From Alphaproteobacteria bacterium (GTDB lineage Bacteria > Pseudomonadota > Alphaproteobacteria > Rickettsiales > Rickettsiaceae): a stretch of 57,650 bases of DNA. The stretch is taken from positions 14,267 through 71,916 of the forward strand of contig JAHDEH010000001.1 of the NCBI GenBank assembly GCA_020628955.1, written 5' to 3'. Below the pieces are notes generated by a model. It did not search any database, had not been told where the DNA came from, and saw only the letters and a program-made list of their open reading frames with translations. Of this stretch, positions 50,501 through 57,650 are shown piece after piece. The position numbers were made by a program, and so were the translations under genes. The stretch's first letter is position 1, and every line of letters begins with the position of its first letter.

Positions 50501-51525
50501 GTAAGTTAGATATTAAAAATCATAAAAAATCTATTAGCGCAATAGCAATAATTTTTTTGCTGTTTATTGGGCATTGTGTTTATACATGGCTTGGCAGAGA
50601 ATCTACTGATAATGCTTATATTGAAGCAGAAATTTCACAAGTTAGTGCTGAAGTTAATGGCATAGTATCAGAAATTTTTGTTGAAAATAATAAATTTGTT
50701 GAAAAGGGTCAGAAAATTGCACAAATAGAGTCGCAGAAATTTAAGGCCAGATTAGATCAAGCAAAATCTTCAATTAACGGCGCAGAGAGAAAAATTGAAA
50801 TTAGCAAATCAGAAGTTAAGCTTGCAACCATCAAGCAAAATCAATTAGAAGAGCGATATAAATTTGCTAAAGATAATTTTGAACAAGCAGACAAAAACTA
50901 TGCTAGAATCAAGGAGCTAAGCAAAGACAAATTTGCAAGTGTAAGTAGGTTAGATAGCACAAGGCTTGCATGGCAAAAAGCACAAAATGAGCTTACTCAA
51001 GCTAAGCTAGAGCTAGATACTAGCAAAGAAAATTTAAAACTACTCTCATTAAAAGAGCTTGCTGCAAAAGACGCTTTGGAATCATCTAGAGCTGCTCTTG
51101 TTATTGCAGAGCAAGATATGGATAATACGCTAATCACTGCGCCAGTCTCAGGTGTTATGGGCAACAGCGCAATAAAGGTAGGGAACTATGTTGTCCCAGG
51201 CATGCTCCTGTTTTCAATAATACCTTCTGAGTCTTTGCACGTTAAAGCAAATTTTAAAGAAACTCAGATAAAAAACATCAGAAAAGGTATGAAAGCTATG
51301 GTGGTGATTGATGGCTTTTCTCATAAAACTTTATATGGCACTGTGCGTAATTTTGCACCAGCAACCAATTCCAAATTTAGTTTGCTGCCATCTGCCAATG
51401 CAACGGGTAATTTTACTAAAATAGTGCAAAGAGTTCCGGTAATAATTGACTTAAAATTACCAAAGGATATACAAAGCAAAGTGGTGCCTGGTATGTCCGT
51501 TTATGTTAGAATCGATGTAAATTAA
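50497..51525 (+). CDS. emrA: HlyD/EmrA family membrane fusion protein
   Basis: STDNAY, ANFKETQ and NATGNFTKIVQRVPV. Confidence 0.85.
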   Translation: MSKLDIKNHKKSISAIAIIFLLFIGHCVYTWLGRESTDNAYIEAEISQVSAEVNGIVSEIFVENNKFVEKGQKIAQIESQKFKARLDQAKSSINGAERKIEISKSEVKLATIKQNQLEERYKFAKDNFEQADKNYARIKELSKDKFASVSRLDSTRLAWQKAQNELTQAKLELDTSKENLKLLSLKELAAKDALESSRAALVIAEQDMDNTLITAPVSGVMGNSAIKVGNYVVPGMLLFSIIPSESLHVKANFKETQIKNIRKGMKAMVVIDGFSHKTLYGTVRNFAPATNSKFSLLPSANATGNFTKIVQRVPVIIDLKLPKDIQSKVVPGMSVYVRIDVN

Positions 51526-51538
51526 AAAATAAAAAATT

Positions 51539-52315
51539 ATGATAAATATAAAACAATATATTAAATACGGAGCAATATTGGTAATATTAAACATGCTAAG
51601 TGGCTGCCTGCCAACAATTTTTACTGGTGCTGCATGCTCAACTATGGAATTTGCAAAAGATAGAAGTGCAAGAGAGACAGTCAGTGATAATAAAATAGCG
51701 CTCAGCATAAAGACGGCATTTATGAAGAATAATTTCCGTAGCTTATATACTCAAATAAAAGTGGAAGTAATGCAAGGTAGGGTACTTCTAACTGGAGATA
51801 TAGAAAAAGAAGAAGATGCTTTAAATGCTGTAAAAATATGTTGGAACCAGGCAGGCGTAAAGGAAGTAATAAATGAGCTTAAAGTAGATAAAAATAGCAA
51901 AAAATTTAGCATTGTTCAATATACTAAAGATACAATGATTACTAGCCAAATTAAGTCAAAAACATTATTTAGCAGAAATGTAAAATTTGTGAATTACACA
52001 GTAATCACAATGAATAATGTCGTTTATTTATTTGGTATTGCACAAACTGAAGAAGAATTAAAAAAAGTTGGCGAAATTGCTGCTGGCACAAGCGGAGTGA
52101 AGCGCGTGGTTAGTCATGTGAAGGTTAAAGATGCATCTGAGTCCCCTATTAGTGCAAAGGTAATAGAAACAGAGAAGGTGCGTGATGCAAGTCTTTATAG
52201 TGATGAAGATTTAGTAGCTTCTGACAGTCCATCTATTACAAATAAGACTAATATCAATAATAGTACTAATGATTTTGTAGTTGAGAAGAGTAATAATATC
52301 CAATCTGATTGGTGA
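51539..52315 (+). CDS. dual BON-domain lipoprotein
   Basis: Lipobox LSGC; GRVLLTG..GVKEVINEL; VYLFG..GVKRVV. Confidence 0.85.
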   Translation: MINIKQYIKYGAILVILNMLSGCLPTIFTGAACSTMEFAKDRSARETVSDNKIALSIKTAFMKNNFRSLYTQIKVEVMQGRVLLTGDIEKEEDALNAVKICWNQAGVKEVINELKVDKNSKKFSIVQYTKDTMITSQIKSKTLFSRNVKFVNYTVITMNNVVYLFGIAQTEEELKKVGEIAAGTSGVKRVVSHVKVKDASESPISAKVIETEKVRDASLYSDEDLVASDSPSITNKTNINNSTNDFVVEKSNNIQSDW

Positions 52316-53490
52316 TAGGCAATTTTGTGAAAGTTGATTCAAATAAAGTTTCAATATATATTCACTGGCCATTTTGCTTGTCGTTATGTCCTTACTGCGA
52401 CTTTAATTCGCATATTGCATCTGGCATTGATAATGGTAGGTGGATTGCTGCATATCAAAAAGAAATAGAATATTTCTCTGATCGTATAAAAGGTAAATTC
52501 ATCAAATCTATATTTTTTGGTGGTGGAACGCCATCCCTTATGCATCCATCAATCACAGCATCTATTATAAATAAAATATCTAGTTATGGCGAAATTAATT
52601 CTGATACAGAAATAACTCTAGAGGCAAACCCTACTTCTTATGAATCATCTAAATTTAGGGAGTTTAAAAATGCAGGAATTAATCGCGTATCTATTGGCAT
52701 GCAGTCATTTAATGATAATAACTTGCAGGCTCTTGGTAGAAAACATTCTGCCAAAGAAGCTGTCTCTGCAATAGAGTCGGCAGCATCAATTTTTTCAAGA
52801 TATTCTTTTGATTTGATATATGCATTGCATAATCAAACATTGCAGCAGTGGCAAGAGGAAATGCATCAAGCGATAAAACTGGCAAATGGCCATATTTCAC
52901 TTTATCAGCTTACTATAGAAAAAGGCACGCCTTTCTATAAAATGCAAAAAGAGGGAGAGATATTGGTTCCAAGTAATGAGGTTGCAGCTGATATGTATGA
53001 CTGGACTAATGAATTTTTAAGCAAGCATGGCTATAATAGATATGAAATTTCTAACTATGCACGTACCGGACAAGAATGCGTGCATAATATGTGTTACTGG
53101 AATTATGATGAATATATAGGTATAGGGCCTGGTGCGCATAGTAGGATACATAATTTACCAAATATAAATGCTGTCATGATGCAGCATGCACCAGAAAAAT
53201 GGCTTGATAATGTAGAGAAAATTGGGAATGGAGTTCAGTCTAACGCAAGACTATCAGACCAAGAAATAATAGAAGAGTTGATAATGATGGGCAGTAGAAT
53301 TTCTGAAGGAATTCATGAAAATAAGCTTAAAATTATTACCAATAAATCTTTTAAAAATATTTTGAGTATGGAGAATTTTGCAAAATATCAAGAAATGGGA
53401 TTGGTTGAAATGCAAAATAATATCCTGCAATTAACTAATAAAGGAATGAATTTACATAATTACCTTGTCCCGAGGTTGATTAATCACTGA
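52309..53490 (+). CDS. hemW: radical SAM heme chaperone HemW
   Basis: YIHWPFCLSLCPYCDFN, FGGGTPS, YEISNY and HN..YW. Confidence 0.9.
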   Translation: MVIGNFVKVDSNKVSIYIHWPFCLSLCPYCDFNSHIASGIDNGRWIAAYQKEIEYFSDRIKGKFIKSIFFGGGTPSLMHPSITASIINKISSYGEINSDTEITLEANPTSYESSKFREFKNAGINRVSIGMQSFNDNNLQALGRKHSAKEAVSAIESAASIFSRYSFDLIYALHNQTLQQWQEEMHQAIKLANGHISLYQLTIEKGTPFYKMQKEGEILVPSNEVAADMYDWTNEFLSKHGYNRYEISNYARTGQECVHNMCYWNYDEYIGIGPGAHSRIHNLPNINAVMMQHAPEKWLDNVEKIGNGVQSNARLSDQEIIEELIMMGSRISEGIHENKLKIITNKSFKNILSMENFAKYQEMGLVEMQNNILQLTNKGMNLHNYLVPRLINH

Positions 53491-53569
53491 CAAAGGCGCT
53501 CAAAAGGTGTAAACTGTATTTTTAATACATCATTTTATATAAAATATCTATGTTTTTATAATTATTGCT

Positions 53570-53598
53570 TTGTAAAAAGAAAAACAATACTATATAAT
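53570..53598 (+). promoter_or_regulatory. putative sigma70 promoter of pal
   Basis: TTGTAA-N17-TATAAT. Confidence 0.6.
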
Positions 53599-53666
53599 TG
53601 TATAGTTGCTTCCCGTAGGTTGCGGAAGTGATAATATTAAACTTTAAAATTTTAAGGAGAAAAATT

Positions 53667-54116
53667 ATGATAAAAAAAATCGCTATAGCACTTTGTGCAG
53701 CTGCTTTACTTTCTGGTTGTACAGGTGGTAGAACTCACTATAATGAAGGAGCGTGTAGAACTAAGCATATTGCAGATTTCGAACAAAATGTTGGAAATAA
53801 AGTATATTTTGCTTTAAACAGCGCTGCGCTATCTGCAGAATCTCAAGGTACGCTTACAAAACAAGCTGAGTGGCTGAACGATCACGAGTTATTCAATGCA
53901 ACAGTTGAAGGTCACTGTGATGAAAGAGGTACTAAAGAGTACAATATTGCTCTTGGTGAAAAAAGAGCTGCAGCAATCCACGGTTTCTTAACAAGCCAAG
54001 GTGTTGAAGCAAACCGTCTTGACACTATCTCTTATGGTAAAGAGAGACCAGCTGTTGTTGGTAACAACAAAGCTGCATGGGATCAAAATCGTAGAGGCGT
54101 AACCGCTTTAAGATAA
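53667..54116 (+). CDS. pal: peptidoglycan-associated lipoprotein
   Basis: RBS AGGAG; lipobox LSGC; EGHCDERGT.EYNIALGEKRA, SYGKERP and NRR. Confidence 0.95.
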   Translation: MIKKIAIALCAAALLSGCTGGRTHYNEGACRTKHIADFEQNVGNKVYFALNSAALSAESQGTLTKQAEWLNDHELFNATVEGHCDERGTKEYNIALGEKRAAAIHGFLTSQGVEANRLDTISYGKERPAVVGNNKAAWDQNRRGVTALR

Positions 54117-54161
54117 GTATTCCATTCTTATTATGCCTAAATTAGGCTAATAAAGATCTTT

Positions 54162-54193
54162 AAACGCTATTTGATCTTCAAATAGCGTTTTTT
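54162..54193 (+). terminator. intrinsic terminator after pal
   Basis: AAACGCTATTTGA-TCT-TCAAATAGCGTTT followed by a T-run. Confidence 0.8.
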
Positions 54194-54225
54194 CTTTGCA
54201 TTATTGCTGCCTGTTTGTTGTAAAT

Positions 54226-55206
54226 TTAATTAAGTCTAGAAAGTTTCTGCACTATTTTTGAAAGTTCATCGAGTCTTTTTCTTTTATACGGATCCATAGT
54301 GCCTTGCAGGATATTTAATTGGCGAACGTAACCATTTCCTGCAAGTGAAAGTAAGAATTTTTTATGTTTATCAGATTCATAATCGAAGGGAGAAAATACA
54401 AACACATTTTTTTCTGCGCGCATGCTTGCAGCCTCGCTGCACATAGAAATAGAATCAATAGGAGCTATTATATATTCACTATATTCAAGTATTGCTGGGT
54501 ATGGGTTATAGTCTGAAGAATTAGGATCATAGATTTTGCATTTATCTCCTAAACTCTCTAGATTTTTGTTAAAATATTCTTTTAGTCTTTCTGGGGTTCT
54601 TCTGCTATATGAAAGAAAAATTGGCAATTTTTTAGCAGCAGATTCTTTTTTTAGCAGATCTATTAATAATTTGTAATTTTCAACCTTAACTTTGTGTTTT
54701 TTTGTGTCTCCTCCAAGCATCACAGTAATGAATTTTTGCTTATTTTGAAAATTCTGTAAATAAGCAGGTTGCGCAAGCTTTACCCTATTTTCTATATTAT
54801 TTAGCGCCCCTTTTATCAGAGTAAATACTTCTTTATGATAGAAAAACTGATCATGCTCTGGTAATATAATTTTCCAAAAATATTTATCACTAATCAATGG
54901 GCGCATGATTTGTATAATTTTAATTTCAGGTTTGATTTTTTTTAAATATACTGCAACAGAAGCAGATCTTCTACCAGAAGAAATAATAACATCTGGTAAA
55001 TTTGATCTGTCTAATTTCTTTAAAAAGTCGCATTTTATATGAATAGGGAGAGTACTGAGAATACAGTTTGGTAATTTAGCTAAGAAATTATATTTTATTT
55101 CTTTAATTTCAAAACTATTCTCAAATGATTCAGCAAGACTAAGCGCTTGTAAATCATTTCCCATTCTGCCATCTTGCAGAGCCCAAATTTTGTCTGTGCT
55201 ATTCAT
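54226..55206 (-). CDS. ELM1/GtrOC1 family putative glycosyltransferase
   Basis: IWAL.D.R.GN..QA, PDVIISSGRR, LPEHD, SRRTP, NPY and DSISMCSEA. Confidence 0.85.
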   Translation of the reverse strand: MNSTDKIWALQDGRMGNDLQALSLAESFENSFEIKEIKYNFLAKLPNCILSTLPIHIKCDFLKKLDRSNLPDVIISSGRRSASVAVYLKKIKPEIKIIQIMRPLISDKYFWKIILPEHDQFFYHKEVFTLIKGALNNIENRVKLAQPAYLQNFQNKQKFITVMLGGDTKKHKVKVENYKLLIDLLKKESAAKKLPIFLSYSRRTPERLKEYFNKNLESLGDKCKIYDPNSSDYNPYPAILEYSEYIIAPIDSISMCSEAASMRAEKNVFVFSPFDYESDKHKKFLLSLAGNGYVRQLNILQGTMDPYKRKRLDELSKIVQKLSRLN

Positions 55207-55215
55207 AATATATAA

Positions 55216-56586
55216 TTAGGATGTGTTAAAAATAAATTTCTCAAGTTCTGACAATTTAGATTTTACAAGCATAGGGTTTTGTCTAGTTTCAAGATTTAAT
55301 CTAAGAAGAGGTTCTGTATTTGACTTCCTTATGTTAAATCTCCAATCCTCAAACTCCATGCTGATTCCATCTATATAATCAATAGTAATTGCTGATGTTT
55401 TATAGTGATTTTCTATATTTTTCATTATTTCATCAGCGTTTTCTATTTTATAATTAATTTCGCCGCTAATAGGGTAATTATCTGACATATCACTTATCAT
55501 TTCAGATAAAGCAGTGTCATATGTACTTATTTGCTCAGCAATAAGTAACCAAGGAATCATGCCACTATCACAATATGCAAAATCTCTGAAATAATGATGA
55601 GCGCTCATCTCGCCTCCATAAATAGCATCGCATGTGCGCATTTTTTCTTTGATAAAACTATGGCCGCAACGACTTTGTAGTGCTTCACCACCGTTTTTTT
55701 CTACTTCTACGATAGTATTCCAAGTTAGTCTTGGATCATGGATGATTTTACTTTTCTTGTTTTTAGCCAAGAAGTTTTTTGCAAGAAGCGCTACTAAATA
55801 ATAGCCTTCAATGAAATTTCCTTTTTCATCAAATAAAAAACAACGATCAAAATCACCGTCCCAAGCAACGCCAAAATTTGCATTATGTTTAAGAACTGCA
55901 TCTGATGTAACTTTTCTGTTTACAGGAATCATAGGGTTAGGAACTCCATTTGGAAAGTTACCATCCGGTTCTTCATGAACATATATAAATTGAAACGGCA
56001 GATGTTTTTCTAAATGCTTAATAATTGCTCCAGCGGGCCCATTGCCAGGATTTACAACTATTTTTAATGGTTTTAAATTACCTGGGTTTATAAACTTCAT
56101 CAGGTAGTTAATATAATCTGACTTATCCTTTTTGATTATACCTGTTTGAGCATATTGCTGTGGAATATCTATCCTGTTTTGAATGATATAGTCTTTTATT
56201 GTTTGCAAATCATCTTGGAGTGAAATTGGCCTGCTGCCTTTTTTTACCAGTTTTAGACCATTATAGCCTTTTGGATTATGGCTAGCTGTGACCATTATAC
56301 CGCCACCAACACCATCTTGCTCTTTGGAAAATGTGTGATAATAGACTTCTTCAGTTCCGCAAATGCCGATATTAATTACTTCGCTGCCACCATCATGCAG
56401 GCCAGTAATTAATGCACTTGCAAGAGCTGGGCTTTCCAGACGTACATCATAGCCAACTATTACTTTTCCTGGCTTTAATATAGAAGCATATGCGTAGCCA
56501 ATTTTATAGCTCAGCTCTTCATCTAAATCTTGTGGCACTTTGCCGCGTATATCGTATGCTTTAAAGCATGAAAGTGATTCTGTCAT
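55216..56586 (-). CDS. manB: phosphomannomutase (ManB/CpsG type)
   Basis: CFKAYDIRG, TASHNP, DGDFDR, GGEMSAHHYF and SNTEP. Confidence 0.92.
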   Translation of the reverse strand: MTESLSCFKAYDIRGKVPQDLDEELSYKIGYAYASILKPGKVIVGYDVRLESPALASALITGLHDGGSEVINIGICGTEEVYYHTFSKEQDGVGGGIMVTASHNPKGYNGLKLVKKGSRPISLQDDLQTIKDYIIQNRIDIPQQYAQTGIIKKDKSDYINYLMKFINPGNLKPLKIVVNPGNGPAGAIIKHLEKHLPFQFIYVHEEPDGNFPNGVPNPMIPVNRKVTSDAVLKHNANFGVAWDGDFDRCFLFDEKGNFIEGYYLVALLAKNFLAKNKKSKIIHDPRLTWNTIVEVEKNGGEALQSRCGHSFIKEKMRTCDAIYGGEMSAHHYFRDFAYCDSGMIPWLLIAEQISTYDTALSEMISDMSDNYPISGEINYKIENADEIMKNIENHYKTSAITIDYIDGISMEFEDWRFNIRKSNTEPLLRLNLETRQNPMLVKSKLSELEKFIFNTS

Positions 56587-56699
56587 TAGTTATATTTTTT
56601 CATAATAAGAGGCATCCAAACATATTCTCTTATTGGTTAATGAAATTATATGTATAGATATTGTGAGATATATTTATACATATAATTTCTGGTAATAAA

Positions 56700-57278
56700 T
56701 TACAGCTCTAATCTTGCACCAATGCTTATATTATGGCTTCTCATGCTCATTTGCTTTATAGCTTTATTTTTCTTGGTTTTTCCAAGGTCTTTATAGCTAT
56801 AAGCAAGTTCACCAACTAGTCCAGGGGTGAATTGATAGCTTGCACCAGCATAGCCAGCATAGGCAATATTAATTCTTTGCTTTATTTTTAAAGAATTAGA
56901 TGTCTTGATGTCCTTGTGAGTTGCGCGAACATTGGCCCCACCAACGCCAACACCAAGAAAAAACTTCATTGCGTCTAGTTCATAAACATCTGCGTAAGCA
57001 TTCACTAGCATCATGTTCAAGCTTGTTTTAACCTTCTCATTTTTGCTTTTGAATCTTGCATCAATGAAATGCGTCCATTCAAGATCCATTCTAATGTCGT
57101 CAGCTAGGTTATAACCAAAGGCTAAACTTGTCCCATAGCTATTTTCTGACTTTAAACCAGAGGCTTTAGCAAACTTTGACCATCCAAATCCAGCTTTTAC
57201 ATAAAAAGTATCTTCTTCAGCCTTGATGTTAGTAGTTAAGGCGATAACAGACGCTAGTGTTAAAAGTAATTTTTTCAT
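56700..57278 (-). CDS. outer-membrane beta-barrel protein (Adr-like paralogue)
   Basis: Signal peptide; FYVKAG, VNAYAD, AYAGYAG and SYKDLG; C-terminal GARLEL. Confidence 0.82.
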   Translation of the reverse strand: MKKLLLTLASVIALTTNIKAEEDTFYVKAGFGWSKFAKASGLKSENSYGTSLAFGYNLADDIRMDLEWTHFIDARFKSKNEKVKTSLNMMLVNAYADVYELDAMKFFLGVGVGGANVRATHKDIKTSNSLKIKQRINIAYAGYAGASYQFTPGLVGELAYSYKDLGKTKKNKAIKQMSMRSHNISIGARLEL

Positions 57279-57300
57279 AATATTTTCTTCCTTTTAATGA

Positions 57301-57650
57301 TTAGAATTCAAATCTTGTACCAACAGAAACAGCATGTCCTTTGATGTGTTTCTTTATACCTTTCAGGCGACCATGGTCTTTCCAAGTATATGCAACTTCG
57401 CCATGTATTCCAGGTGCAACTTCTGCTGAAACGCCGGCATGCAATGCATATGCAAGGCTATATTTAGTTTTGTGTTTAACACTTTTTGAACCATTAGTCT
57501 CTGTTGATTTTCCATTTAATCTAGAAAAACCAACTCCAACACCAGCAAATGCATTAAACAGGCTTACGTCGAATAAATCTACATATGCATTCCACATCAA
57601 GCTGTTAACATTTGCTTTTGTTTTGCAATTATTAGAGCCATCTTTATGTG
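57301..57650 (-). CDS. outer-membrane beta-barrel protein (Adr-like paralogue), 5'-truncated by window edge
   Basis: Frame open to the edge (HKDGSNNCKTKANVNSLMWNAYVD...); AYALHAG; C-terminal GTRFEF. Confidence 0.8.
   Translation of the reverse strand, partial: HKDGSNNCKTKANVNSLMWNAYVDLFDVSLFNAFAGVGVGFSRLNGKSTETNGSKSVKHKTKYSLAYALHAGVSAEVAPGIHGEVAYTWKDHGRLKGIKKHIKGHAVSVGTRFEF

Noticed and set aside
1-57650. CRISPR array, rRNA, prophage or transposase genes
   Set aside because: No regularly spaced direct repeats or corresponding ORFs seen; repeats are dispersed and palindromic

Overview
AT-rich chromosomal segment of a Rickettsiaceae-like alphaproteobacterium. Rickettsia-type synteny blocks include znuC/17-kDa omp/CDF/tadA, mnmE/gdh/zapA/6S RNA, murC-murB-ddl-ftsQ, psd-pssA-emrA-BON and rpsB-tsf. 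Most of the window is housekeeping genes plus two tRNAs, a 6S RNA and an S2 leader. Accessory content: (1) a 584-aa orphan made of about ten 33-36-aa helical repeats whose hydrophobic/Gly register matches TALE-like repeats; (2) a periplasmic amino-acid-binding domain fused to a TRIC/UPF0126 channel, divergent from a sensor-less histidine kinase and single-domain receiver; (3) a 2,080-aa Sca/OmpA-like autotransporter with a 25-triplet collagen-like stalk, followed by a signal-peptide-bearing methyltransferase; (4) a type II glutamine synthetase; (5) two families of short intergenic repeats, a 108-109 bp TA-flanked MITE (4 full copies and 1 partial) and nested CGTC/RPE-like palindromes; (6) an ankyrin protein and three Adr-like beta-barrel paralogues. 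No CRISPR array, prophage or transposase gene was seen. All calls come from motif recognition by eye; no database searches were run.
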